A stretch of DNA of 63,545 nucleotides, the filler included, from Klebsormidium nitens (lineage: Eukaryota; Plantae; Klebsormidiophyceae): the NCBI GenBank assembly GCA_000708835.1. It is 7 parts of 7 records of this genome, joined end to end, with 100 filler letters (N's around TTAATTAATTAA, not from the genome) between each part and the next. Parts side by side here need not be neighbours in the genome. Positions count along the whole stretch, not along the records: positions 43,724 to 50,602 come from DF238350.1; positions 50,703 to 63,545 come from DF237849.1; 5 more parts are not named here. One strand, written 5' to 3'. The notes beneath the pieces are model-generated. The model ran no database searches and was not told the DNA's origin. It worked only from the letters and a program-made list of their open reading frames with translations. The position numbers and the translations under genes were made by a program. This document shows positions 49,712 through 62,500 of this stretch, one piece after another; within the stretch, counting starts at the first letter, position 1; each line of letters starts with the position of its first letter.

Positions 49712-50702
49712 ATAACAAATATAATTCACTTACACTACGAGTTCCTACCATACATTTCAACCGGCCGTACTGACAATCAACTAAATCCAAAACCGGACCC
49801 CCGTGAGCGCGCACCGGATGACTTCGTGGGAGGCGTTCTTCAGCACCAAGCCAAAGGTGGGCACATGCGGGTGTTTCGGGCGCGGTCGCTTGCGCACGTT
49901 TCAAAGCAACAGAGACGGAAGTTGGATACGCTCAACGAGCGAGGAGTGATCGTGGGGTAGGAGCCGGACTCCAAGGCGTATCGGATGCTCTAGGAGAAAG
50001 AAGGCAAACTCATCATCCACCGGATCGTCGATTATGTCGAGAGCGCGACGAAGAATGGTTTGTCGAGCGTAGTTCCGATCTTACGGAGTATTCGCCCACG
50101 GCGAACGAGATTGGCGCACAAGAGCCCGCAGTGATTCAAAAGTGTCCCTTATCGGATTGGCGCGCAAGGAGTCTCTGAAGCGAGTTAGCAAGCCAAATCC
50201 AAAACCTGGCCGATTTCGAAAGGTTTCGGATGTTCATCGCCAAGCTGAGGCAAAACGGGACAAGATGGGGTGGGACCAAGGAATACAACCACCGGCTGCC
50301 TAGAGGTACCCCAACCACCCTCCCGACGGGCATTACGGAAGTGGTACTGCGCCAACTTGGCATCGGATGCTGAAGCGGGGGATCACCCGAATGGGACGAG
50401 GGAGCACCCAGAACCACGGAGGTATATATAAGGAGTCATAGGGGGAGAAGAGAGTGACCTTTGGCGGAAGTCCATGGGACGGAAAAAATGCGTTAACCCT
50501 GCTGGAGAACCGGACGTGGGAGGTCGTCAGAAAACCGGAAGGTGTTAAGCCGGTTTCCATCAACAATGTAGAGCAGCGAAGGCCTACGTGCAAAAGCAGG
50601 TGNNNNNNNNNNNNNNNNNNNNNNNNNNNNNNNNNNNNNNNNNNNNTTAATTAATTAANNNNNNNNNNNNNNNNNNNNNNNNNNNNNNNNNNNNNNNNNN
50701 NN

Positions 50703-53700
50703 TTTCCGCACATGGCTGCCGTATGTGTGTTTAGTTATCCCGCCAGCGCTTCGCTTAAGCTGGCCAACCGTCACACAGAGGCAGTCAAGATCCAGATGTT
50801 CATGGATGGTTTGATTAGTGAGGTTCGTTTCCTGGGTGCGTGCATGCCGGATGGGTCCCGTTGGACTAGCTTTGCTCCGTTTCTCAAGTGTTGCTCGCTC
50901 AATTGGGTAGTGATGCAACAGACTAGGAAGAGCTCTAGGACCCAAATCCGGGTTCGGGTTCGGGGTCGGGTCCTAGTCGGTCCGAGGATATAAGCAAAGC
51001 AAACCCAAGACTAACCGCCCCTTCAATCATGTGCAAGGCGCTGTGACTAAGAAAAAGCAGCGCCACCATCCCTACATGAAGAAGTGGATGGGCAAGGCGA
51101 ACGGGTCGGGATTGGAAATCCCTCGGGAGGAGGTGGCGAGGCTCATGAAGGCGGGAGTGTGCCTCTACTGTAAAAAGAAGGGCCACTTCGCTAGGGACTG
51201 TTCGCAGAACCCTAAGAACTGTAAGGCCGCCTCCACCCCTCATTCGGATAACTCTTAAGCTCTCTTTCTGCGGCTGATAAGTTAGAGAGCATCGGTAGTG
51301 TAGCGAACACTACAGCTAGTGAGAAGATAGACCTAACTTCGGATGACTTCCAATTGTTACAGACACGAGTTTGTAAGGCATTTGGAACCGGTGTCATTTC
51401 CGTTGATGGTGTTTAGTCTTCTGACTGGCCCGAACTCAGCCACTTTTCCGATCTTGATTTGGCGCATAAACACATGTGGATTAATGCCGATTCTGATACG
51501 GGCCTCCGTAGTAGTTCACACTTCCAAAGTGTTTATGCTAAGGCGCCGCACGATACTTCCGCTTGCATCCTAATAACGCATCCTCGTCAACTTCCTTTGG
51601 AATGGTTGAAAGGATGGCGTTCTGTGGATACGGTCCTGCGCGGCTCGCCTATAATCAAGTATAACAAACAAGGCGTAGCTGAAGTAACAACTGCAAAGCA
51701 CCCGCTTTGCGTTATGTACTATACTAGCCTTCCGCTTCCCGTTGATCTTCCGGCAGAGGATGATGTTTTCAATGCAACTCTAGGCACAAAGTCTCAATTG
51801 AAGATGCTCTTTTCAGGGCAAGCGGCCGGTATTACGGCGAACTTCCTTTTTGACTCTGGTGCTAGCTGTTGCTTTGTTTCCAAATCCTTCTGTAATATTG
51901 CCGGTATTACTATTGCGAAGAGTGCTTCTCAGGTCGCAAAGTTAGGCAATAACACAGAGGTTCTAAGTGATGGCACGGAGCGAGTGCACGTTAGACGTGG
52001 GGCTCTCTGTCGGCGTGTTGATTGTGTGGTTCTTGACTTGTTGGACGGAGTCGATTTAGTCTTGGGTAATGACTTTATGACTTCTTTTAACGTAGAGTTA
52101 AGATACCGAACTCGTTGTGCCGTCCGTTGTTGGACGCCGTAAAATCACTGTCAATCAAAACATTCTTATTCGCGATTTATTGGCGAATCCTGAGGAGGGA
52201 GGAGGTGAGGCCGAACCGGTGCGGCTCCTTTCGGCACTTCAAGTGAAGCGCCAAATTCGTAAGGGTAAGCCAATGTTCTTGGCTCTACTCAAGGACCCGC
52301 CGCTGCCTGGTGAGACCTCCAGACTCTGGATTGATAGGATGTTGAAGGATTTCGTGGATGTGTTCCAGGACCCTCTGCCTCCAGGTTTGCCACCTGAGCG
52401 AAACCGTTCGCATGAGATTCCTCTAGAACCAGGCCACACACCTTCGTTTCGCCCTCTCTATCGATTGTCACCTTTGGAATTGGAAGAAGCAAACAAGCAG
52501 ATAATGTTTCTTTTGGGAACGGTTCTAATTCAACCTTCCACGAGTCCTTACGGTGCCCCGATTCTCTTTGTTCCTAAGCCTAACGGCCGAGGTCTGAGAA
52601 TGTGCGTGGACTATAGGATGTTGAATCAGACGACTGAGAATCGCTATCCTCTTCCCCGTATCGATGACATGTTGGATACGGTTTCGGGTGCTAAGTTCTT
52701 TACCAGTTTGGATTTGACCTCCGGCTATTGGCAAATTCGAATTTCAGCCTCCGACGTTCCGAAACCGGCTTTCAGAACGCCTTTTGGACACTTCGAATGG
52801 AGAGTCCTTCCCTTTGGTTTGACTAATGCTCCCGCTACCTTCCAATCTGTCATGAACGGCATTTTTTAGCCTTATCTTCGGGACTTCGTAGTAGTCTATC
52901 TTGATGATATTCGTATCTACAGCAAGACCGAAGAAGAGCATGAGGCTCATGTGCGAAAGGTCTTGGAAATCTTGCGTCGCGAAAGGTTCTATATTTGTAA
53001 AGACAAAAGCTCTTTCGTGCAGAGCGAGACCAAGTTCCTCGGCCACATCGTCGGAGTTGACGGCATCAAACTAGACCCCAACAAGGTCAGAGCGGTCTCT
53101 GACTGGGCGGTCCCGAAGGATGTGCACCAAGTAAGGTCCTTCCTTGGTTTGGCTAACTACTTCCGACGTTTCATTCAAGGCTTCTCGACTCTTGCTTCGC
53201 CGTTATCCGAGTTGACGCGAGCAAATAAGCCTTTTGAATGGTCGGCCCGTCAGCAAGAGGCATTTCATGGTATTAAGGACGCCCTTTGTCGAGCACCCGT
53301 TTTGGTGTCGCCGGACTCCTCTAAACCATATACGGTGGTGAGCGACGCGTCGCTTTTAGGAGTCGGCGGGGTCCTTTTACAAGCCTTCAACGTTTTACAA
53401 GCCTTCAACGGTTTGACTTTGAGTGGGTCTACAGGCCTGGTAGGTCTAACGTTGCAGACCCGTTAAGCCGGTTCCCTGTGAGTGACGTTGCCTGCCTCAC
53501 ACTTTTGCGGGATGAAGAGCTTAGCACACCGGTCGTGGCGGTCGGCCAACCCCATCCGGTGTTAGCTGCCAGCGAGGTCTTCACAAGGCGTACGCTTCCA
53601 AGTAAGTATGGCTTACCTCCCCTTCTTCAGGAAGCCATCCTTTCTTCGTATGCCAAGGACCCAACACTGCGAGATGTAAACAGTGTTGCGGCCCGACGAC

Positions 53701-55245
53701 TGCGTATCACTTCAGAGGGTCTAGTTATAGAAGATGGTCGCATCTATGTGCCTGCCACCGCCGATACCTTCGAGGTTCGGCGAACGATCATGACTGAATA
53801 TCATCATACTCTTTATGGCGGCCATACCGGTATAACTAAGACCCAGAAGGCAGTCGAAAAACTCTTTCGTTGGGACGGTCTGACAGGGGACGTCCGTCGT
53901 TTTGTGCTTACTTGTACTGTTTGTCAGCGCAATAAGCCTCGGCAACGAAAAGCCGCCGGTCTGTTACAATCAACTGAGACACCTAACGACCCATTTGAGT
54001 GTGTTTCCTTTGATCTTGTAACCGATTTGCCGAAGACTCAGCGTGGGTTTGACTCTGTGGCGGTCTTTGTTCATCCTTTAACAAAGCTATGCCATTTTGT
54101 TCCGACCACCAAGACAGTCGACGCAATAGGGTTCGCTCATCTCTATGTGAACAATGTCTTTAAGCATCACGGCTTATCTGATAAGTTCATTAGCGATCGC
54201 GATCCTCGTTTTACTAGCAAGTTTTGGACGGAACTTACCAGGTTGATTGGTACTCGACTTGCTCTTCGTTCTTCCTATCTTGCTCAGACGGATGGGGTAA
54301 CGGAGAGGCTTAATCGGACTATGGAAACGTATCTTCGTCACTTTGTTAGTGCCGACCAGTATAATTGGGACACTCTTTTGCCTATGGCTAAATTCGCTTA
54401 TAATTCTGCGTGGCAAAAGTCGGTTAAAGCCTCCCCTTTCGAACTTACTTTTGGTCGTCAGCTCAAAGCACCCGTTGGGCGCATTCCGGTATCTTTGGTC
54501 CCCGGAGCCACCTCTTTTGCAGAGCGCATCTCGTTGGGCCTTTCCAAGGCTAGAGCGTCGTTGGCCCAAGCGCAGGCGCGGCAAAAGACGTTTGCCGACC
54601 AAAAGCGCCGTGAAGTCTCGTACGAGGTGGGCGATTCGGTGCTGTTGAGCTCCCGAAATCTTCCTATTCGCTTCACTGGCTCTGGTAAACTCTTACCTCG
54701 TTTCGTAGGCCCGTTTAAAGTTGTCCAGCGGATTGGCAACTTAGCCTACAAACTCGATTTGCCGGCTCATTACCGGATTCACCCGGTATTTCACGTTTCT
54801 TTGATTGAGCCTTATCGAGCCGACGGACGATACCAGCCCCCGCCACCTCCAACCGAAATTGAAGGTGCCTTGGAATGTGAAGTCAATAGGATCCTAAGTC
54901 ATAGGTACACTCGTAAAGGCAAACGTCGTTTTGCTTGGTACCTCATCGCCTGGAAGAATTAGGGACCAGAGCATAATTCGTGGGAGCCAGTCGCAAATCT
55001 CATTAATGCCAACATTTCTCTTAAGGAGTATTGGCAGCGTGCCCGGTCCGTTCTTCGCCTAACGACCCTCCCCTGGGTCGGGGTGCGGCGAAGATAGGCG
55101 GCACAGCGCGGGTTATATACGCAAACGTCCCGCGTCGGGTTCTACTTCCGTAGGTATGAACCCAAAACGTCAACGCCGGTAGGGTTGCTTTACCTCCTGC
55201 TTCTGCTTCCACCAACGAGGACGTTGGTATTAAAGGAGGGAGGTG
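50703..55245 (+). mobile_element. Ty3/gypsy chromovirus B internal region: gag-CCHC, extra domain, protease, RT, partly deleted RNase H, integrase, chromodomain; degenerate
   Basis: CLYCKKKGHFARDC; FLFDSGAS; [39 protein letters not shown]; HHCC finger (HHTLYGGH...CTVC); SFDLV/ISDRD/TERLN; WYLIAWKN*GPEHNSWEP. Stops at 51414, 52867 and 54960; frameshifts near 52120 and 53400; PPT AAAGGAGGGAGG. Confidence 0.93.
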
Positions 55246-56957
55246 TGTAACGGTTGCACTCTTTCGGCTACTATCCCGATTCTCCCCCTTACTACCGAAA
55301 TTGTTTGCTAGGTTCTATTCGTTGAACCAGCCGAACCTTGTGCGATAGGGCGACTTAGCCTTTCGCACTAGTCGGCCCTAGATCGCTTGAAGGTACTCTA
55401 ATAGGCTTGAGACTTGTCGGCCCTAGATCGCTAGCGGCTCGCGCACATAGTCTAAGTCTGTCGGCGGTCGCACTTAAGACTTGTCGGCCCTTGTTCGCAA
55501 GCGGCTCGCGCACATAGTCTAAGTCTGTCACCGGACCGCATACCGGCCGGACCGGTGCCAGCCGGACCGGAATGGACTGCGCCGAACCGCGGCCGGTCGC
55601 ATCCCAACTCTTCCCGGATTATGCCGGCGAACGAACTCACCGAGTTCACGTATACAAAAGGTTCCTCGGAATCTTCGAATAGAGGCTTCGCGACTTAGTA
55701 GAGTCTTAATTAATTAAGGCTACTAATACTACTAAGTACAGCCCCGACTATAGGAAGTACTACTAATCAAAGGTCTCTTAATAGTAAGACTATATAGTAG
55801 TAGCAATACACTTCGGTAGTAATGCTACTAAGATAAGATTTCTATTAAGATTCCCTAGTAGTATACTACTATAGGGCCTATCAGGCCACGCGAACAAATG
55901 CCGATTGGTATAGTCTATCTACGTATAGTCTATATAGGAATGTATAGACTATATCTAAGATACTGTGACTATAGACTAATAGCATTATGCCAATTAGTAT
56001 TAGTCTATCGTAAATATAGTCTATATTATTTGTATTGACTATACCTAAGAGTGAGATAGACTAATAGACTAAAGGCAACTAGGATTCAATAGGAAGCTGC
56101 GGCTTTACTAAGAATCCTATTACTTAATAACTTCGGTTATTAAGGCGAAGTATAGTTCTAAGTAACGACTTAGACTATACACGTTCGGTGATCAAGTGAT
56201 CTTAAAGGATCCTTGAAACATCCGAAAACAAGGCTGCCAGACTGTTAAAGCCAGCATGTCATACNNNNNNNNNNNNNNNNNNNNNNNNNNNNNNNNNNNN
56301 NNNNNNNNNNNNNNNNNNNNNNNNNNNNNNNNNNNNNNNNNNNNNNNNNNNNNNNNNNNNNNNNNNNNNNNNNNNNNNNNNNNNNNNNNNNNNNNNNNNN
56401 NNNNNNNNNNNNNNNNNNNNNNNNNNNNNNNNNNNNNNNNNNNNNNNNNNNNNNNNNNNNNNNNNNNNNNNNNNNNNNNNNNNNNNNNNNNNNNNNNNNN
56501 NNNNNNNNNNNNNNNNNNNNNNNNNNNNNNNNNNNNNNNNNNNNNNNNNNNNNNNNNNNNNNNNNNNNNNNNNNNNNNCCTAGAGTCGCACATTTACCTA
56601 ACTAGTATAAATAATACGGTGAAAACAGCCGGAATATCAACGCGCGTCCTTTTTGGCTGCCGTAGCACAGTGGTAGTGCTTCGGACCGTCACACATACGT
56701 GACGCGGCGGCTGACAGGGACTGCCCTTGTACGGGGAGCGCCCTTGCGTGGTCTGCTGCAGTCTTAAGTAAGACTGCAGACTGCCAGCCTAAGTGAGGTG
56801 GCTGCAGCACTAGCCTGCAAATCTTCACTATAAAATGGGTTGGATTGCGAAGTTGCGAACACAGAAATACTTCTCGCGTTCGAGCTTCCACCCACACGAC
56901 CATTCCAAGCTTCCGCAAATAGTCGGCCCAACTTCCGGCCGGGTTGAGCCCGTTACA
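55246..56957 (+). repeat. Probable 3' LTR of gypsy B (right end tentative), with internal tandem repeats
   Basis: TGTAACGG directly after the PPT; the inverted match CCGTTACA ends at 56957. Internal ~67-bp duplication at ~55410-55530 and ~89-bp TA-rich duplication at ~55900-56070. Spans an N-gap. Confidence 0.5.
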
Positions 56958-57128
56958 GAAAATCATTCGTAACATTCCGACCCGTTGCGATCGACCCCCT
57001 CAAGATCATCTTATACACCGCCCCGCCGCTTTTGCGGCATGCCAGTTCGCAGACTCTGTATGATGAGTTGCGTATGGCTAGATTGTACATCACGAAGAAG
57101 AAAGGTCCACCCACTGTCCTGAGACTGA

Positions 57129-57549
57129 GGCATGTCCTGGGCTCGGATTTCCACCGCGGAAGCGGCGTTGCGGAAATGTTTCGCGGAAAGCGCGGGAATA
57201 TGCGGAAAGATGCGGAAGACTGCGGAAGCTTGTTGAAACCATGCGAAGGCATGCGGATGGGAAAGGGGGATAGACGCGGAATGCGCATATGCTTGCGGAA
57301 GCACTCGGAAGCGTGCGGAAGCGTGCAGAACTTTTTGCGGATCTCGTGCGCGGAAGCATGAAGCATACAAAAACTTACATGATATGCTAGAAAGATAAGG
57401 GCCACATACGCGGAAAAGACAGCGGAAGCACAGCGGAAAGTCTGCGGATGCGCGGACCCACTGCGGAAGCAGCGCGGAAGAGCCGCGGAAGCTTTGCGGA
57501 AACACGCGAAAACTGCTTCCACCGCGGATATCCAAGCCCAGGACATGCC
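57129..57549. mobile_element. MITE with GCGGAA-rich interior (Harbinger/Tourist-like ends)
   Basis: 24-bp TIRs 22/24 identical (GGCATGTCCTGGGCT[C/T]GGAT[T/A]TCC); 17 GCGGAA copies by hand count. No matching TSD (TGA vs TAG). Confidence 0.78.
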
Positions 57550-59599
57550 TAGAATGTACTAGTACCGTACTGCCACTCCCATTCGCACAAAAATAACTAT
57601 TTTGAGGCAACTGCGAAAATGCGAAACAAAACACAAATGGAAAAGACCGAAAAGATACTTCCAAGTTCTATGGCTTTTTGGCATACCATTTTCAATCTGT
57701 GTCATTCCGTTCCGTGTAGCCTTACTACATTCCGTCTACGTACGCCGTGCGGAATCGCAAATTATTGAATTCTAGTTGAAAGTGTGAGAGTGGCAAAGCC
57801 GTAGGAATCAGTAGGAATGAGTTCGAAGCCGTTGCTCACTGCAGTGTACGACGTGGAAACTTTATAAGGGTTCCTAGTCTACTTTTAAGATTTGTAGAAC
57901 GCTGAGAGAAGAGCCTCGCATGCGCGGGGGAATGGATTTGAGTTCCGACTTGTTTTTGGCATGCCATTTTCTTGGCGTTCTTTGCGCTCCCTGTGTGTGC
58001 GCGAGCGGTCGCGTGTTATTGAAAATGGCGACAGCCGTAGAGTTGATCACAAAATTGGCGCTGTACGACGCCGCGATCGAGGGGGCGACCACGGGCCGAA
58101 CTTCAGGCTACATGCGTCGCTATTTTCCCTCTTAAGATCCTCCGTTTCTACCCGCCCGAACTTTTCGCGTAGCCGGATTTACTGGCCGTGGCTGTGAATT
58201 TGCTCATTACTGAACTTCTCAGCACACGTTGTCCATAGAATCGGTCCAAATTCTACATAATGCGCGTTTATCGTCGAAACGCCGGATTGGATGCCGCGCG
58301 TGCGGGCTATTTTGCATTTTAGCGACAGAATTTAGTGACGGATCGTACCTCACGTCAATTCTGTCAAGCAGAATCTACGGCCATTTTGAGACGCCGTCGG
58401 AAACGACTCCTCGGGGAACTTAAGTAGGGCGACTGTCGTCGACCGAATTACGGGCATAAGTCGCCGCGTTGTATCATCCGGGGCGAGAATGCGAAAGTAG
58501 AATCGATTATCATTTTCTCGAATTTCATAATAGGTATGTACCTACTAGGTACCGTAGTAACGGTACCGGGTACGGCGCGCGTAAAATATAGGCGTACATT
58601 GTAACCCGGTTGCCAGTCCCGGTTGAGTAGATATTATCTAATCAACCGGTCACTATATTTGCCGCGTTCAATGCCACAATAGCCTCCCGGTAGCCTAGCT
58701 CGGTACTTCGTTCCACGCTTCCGGCAAACTTGGTCCCCGGCGATTTGTAGGCGAAGTTCAGTATCACCTCGTAGATTAGTTTGTTGTACGCTGTAGGGAA
58801 CCGTGTCCGTCGGATGGTCCCTAGTATTTTCTCCTGATATATCGCAGTGTGCTAATAACACTCTTCTCCGTACAGCGAAATCGCGGATTTTGTCGTCTAT
58901 CTAAAGTAGCTAGTCGGCCCGCGTTTCGCAGGCCGTCCGATGGCATTTGGCGCGTGTGAGTATTTTGTGAATGCCGTTGGTTCACCGGCCGACTTGGTAC
59001 GCGAGGTCCATTGGCTCCACCGGTCTGGTGCATTGGATGTGGTGTCGATCCGATACTGGTATCTAGCTACCGAATCTAGTAGGTACCGTAGTCCCGTACA
59101 TGTGGGACACGTGGTAATGGACGTAGAATCCGGGCTGTCGATGCAACTTTTCTAGGACCAAGTATGACTACTAACCGTGCGATGATACAAAAAGTATTCC
59201 AAAACGTTCACACGTATCGTTCATTAATACGAAGTGACCACGTTCAATTGGCATGCCGGGTGCAGCTGCTGCAATATATCGTGCTGCCTATCTAGTTTAT
59301 CTTATTTTCCGGCTGATTATCTAATTATCGCGACCGTTTGTAAAATATTTCGACTTTGTGCGACAGTTAGCGATTCTCGGCTCTCCGGTCGCAGATCGTC
59401 GATAAAGTATCTACCGTACCTCGAAAAGTAGTCTAGGTACCTCTCTCAATAACTCCAGACTGTCATTCTTTAATATATGAGTTTACAATCATAAATTGGC
59501 GGCTGAAAGTTGTTGAACTTAATACCAAAGATTTGGATTTAACGGTCTATGGTCGTAGTTTGGACACAGCCTTTCTTTTCTTGCGGAGCGGTTTGAGGG

Positions 59600-62500
59600 G
59601 GGCTGCACAGTTAGCGGGTGAGCCTACCGCTGAGGAGGTGCAGGCGCGCAGGATCCGCAGTAGTCTTCGGCTTGGACGGGCGGGTAAGCTTCGCCGCGCA
59701 GCTAGAGCTTTGGAGTCGAGCAGACCGGCTCCGGTTATGGAGGAGACTGTTCAGACCCTTAGACAGTTGCTTCCTGCAGCGCCGTCCCCGATTCTTGATT
59801 GGGTAGCTACTTTTGAGCCCGTCGATTCCTGCCCTCTTAGCCCCGAGCTTCTCCATGCCGCCCTGGCATCAGCGCCTAGTCTATCTGCTGGTGGGCCGTC
59901 AGGGTTGGTGTATGAGCACTATCGTGACATTTTGGGGGATGCGCCGGCCGTGTTTTCTGTTTTCCATTCGGTCTGTTGCCTTATCGCACGGGGTTTGGTG
60001 CCCCCACGTGCGCGCGCCGCGCTCAGTAGCTCTCGGCTTTTGGCCATGGCCAAGCCGGTTGAGGGGGGGCCGGATAGGGTTAGACCGTTGGCAGTGGGAG
60101 AGGTCTTGCGTCGGCTTGTAGCTCGGGCGGTGGGCCTGCAGTATAGAGAGCGCTTTCGCGAGTTTTTCACTCCGCTTCAGTATGGGGTGGCGACGCCGGG
60201 GGGATGTGAGGCGGTGGTAGCCGGTATCTGGGCTTGCTTAGATTTGGAGCCGGAGACGCTGTTTCTGCAGGTCGACTTGGCCAACGCGTTCAACGAGGTT
60301 GATCGCGTAGCCATGTTTGACGAGCTCCGGTTGCACTTCCCGGAGCTCCTCCCGTTTTTCTGCTGCTTTTATGCGGAGCCGTCTCGGTTGCTACTTGGAC
60401 GGGATAGCGGGGATTGGGAGTTGTTGCAGTCTAGCACGGGGTCCTGGCAGGGGGACCCTTTAGCCGGGTTTCTGTTCGCCCTAGCCTATCACCGTCCCCT
60501 TTCCGCCACGTGCGCAGCCTTTCCGGATGTCCAGCTCCCTTCCTACGCCGACGATACTCACATCGTCGGCGCGCCGGCGCGAGCCGCGGAGGCTTTTGCG
60601 CATCTGCAGGGCGGCCTAGCCACGCTCAGCCTACGGGTGAAGCTGGCAAAGTGCGCGGCATTTTCGACCCGCCGAGCTTCCCCCCGCCCTTCCCATCCCC
60701 CCCGAGTTCCGGCGCCCCGCCCACGGCATCGTAGCTCTTGGCGTCCCCATCGGTTCGGTCGCCCACATCCACGAGGTTGTGGGGGCTAAGCTACAGTTCT
60801 TCAGTGAGCAGCTGACCACCCTCCCTATGCTCCGAGATTTGCAGATAGATTATGCCGTCCTCGTCCGAGTGTTTGTACTGCGCCCCTCGTACTTGATGAG
60901 GACGGTATCCCCCTCCCCGGAGTTTCTTGAGCAGCTTCGGGGTTATGACCGTCTACTGCTTGGGTGCTTTGAGAGCCTCTTGGGTCCAGACGCGTTTGCG
61001 GGGGAGGCGGGAGAGCTCGCGCGCCGGCAGGTGACGTTGCCCACGTCCCTTGGCGGTTTGGGCGTCCGCTCCCGCGGCGTTCTTTGGTGCGTGGGCGCTG
61101 GTTGAACGCTTGATTGCGGGGCGTTTCGTCCGATCCGGTGAGCAGTTTCTTTCGGAGGCTGTCTCGGATGGGGTTGAGACTGGAGGCTTGCCGTTTCAGT
61201 TGGCGCTGCGCGCGGCTCGGGATAGTCTTCCAGGGGAGGCAGCGGGACAGGCGCTGGGCGCTTTAGCCAGATTCGGTCGGGAGGAGAGAGTCGTAATGGG
61301 CCGTGAATAATTACAACTTCCCATATACGCCTTTTTTCTTCCTCATTCTACTCATTTAATATTGCGTATGAGGATACATGTGCTTATATACTACTCATCC
61401 ACACACGTTTCCCTCCTTATATGTGTACATGCACTCTCCTCACCCTCCGCGTCCTCACTGTTGGACTAGGACCCCCCTAAGAACAACCGTTCATCATCCT
61501 CATTTTTCTCTTTCCCTGGACGGGTCCGTACCCCCCAAAAGGTCGTTCATTATCCTCATTTTCCTCATTCCCTGAAAGGATCCCTACCCCCTAAGAAAAG
61601 CCGTTCATCATCCTCATTTTCCTCGTTCTGTGGACGGGTCCCCACCCCCAAAAAGGTCGTTCATCATCCTCATTTTCCTCATTCTCTGGACGGGTCCCTA
61701 ACCCCAAAAAGGTCGTTCATCATCCTCATTTTCGTCATTCTGTGGACGGGTCCCTACCACCCAAAAGGTCGTTCATCATCCTCATTTTCCTGATTCCGCA
61801 GAATGAGGAAGGGAAGCCGATGAATGGTCTTTCCTAGGGGGTCCTCCAGAGGTTGAGGAAGATAAAATGATGTAAGAGGCACCCCGGGCCCCCCCTCCCA
61901 AGGCGCCGTTCATCCACTTCATTCTGCAGAATGAGGAAGAGGAAGCCGATGAATGGTCTTTCCTAGGGGGTCCTCCAGAGGTTGGAGAAGATAAAATGAC
62001 GTAAGAGGCACCCCGGGGGGCCCCTTCGAGGCGCCGTTCATCCACTTCATCTTGAGGCTTATTCTCTGGACAGGTCCCTACTCTCAGAAAGGTCGTTCAT
62101 CATCCTCATTTTCCTGATTTCCCAGAATGAGGAAGGTGAAGCCGATGAATGGTCTTTCCTAGGGGGTCCTCCAGAGGTTGAGGAAGATAAAATGATGTAA
62201 GAGGCACCCCGGCCCCCCCCCTCAAGGCGCCGTTCATCCACTTCATCTTCCTCATTATCTGGACAGGTCCCTACTCCCAAAAAGGTCCTTCTTCATCCTC
62301 CTTTTCCTCATTCTCCAGAATGAGGAAGATGAAGCCGATGAAAGGTCTATCCTAGGGGGTCCTTTAAAGAATGAGGAAAATGAGGATGAAGAAAAACACC
62401 TGGAGAAGGGACTTCCGGTCTTTCTTGCCCCCTCTTAGAAATGCTGTTCATCATCCTCATTCTCCTCATTCTTCTTAGGAAAGATGAGCAGCATGAGAGC

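Larger units (their letters stand above)
44405..49762 (+). mobile_element. Solo LTR X (~520 bp net), split by two younger insertions
   Basis: Starts TGTTTGAA, ends TTTCAACC; flanked by a perfect 5-bp TSD GGCCG (44400-44404, 49763-49767). Removing it restores the integrase reading EAVLT. Confidence 0.75.
44080..50600 (+). mobile_element. Old Ty1/copia element (host of the nest): integrase core 44080-44404, resumes 49763-50600 (integrase C-terminus, start of RT)
   Basis: YSKLSIVVSIRR, GKKLKSVRTEGG, LKDGLPKELWGEAV | AVLTIN*IQNRTP...WEAFF...HMRVF...RRKLD...G*EPDSKAYR, LLENRTWEVVRKPEGVKP. Many stops and frameshifts. Confidence 0.82.

Noticed and set aside
51240-51270. Programmed frameshift signal at the gypsy B gag-pol junction
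   Set aside because: The frames overlap by only a few bases, no canonical slippery heptamer is seen, and the copy is degenerate.
55706-55717. TTAATTAATTAA without flanking Ns
   Set aside because: Cannot distinguish a residual linker from chance in a very TpA-rich tract; needs raw reads.
61500-62400. CRISPR-like repeat array
   Set aside because: Eukaryotic context, no unique spacers and no cas genes; these are head-to-tail satellites inside a TSD-flanked element.
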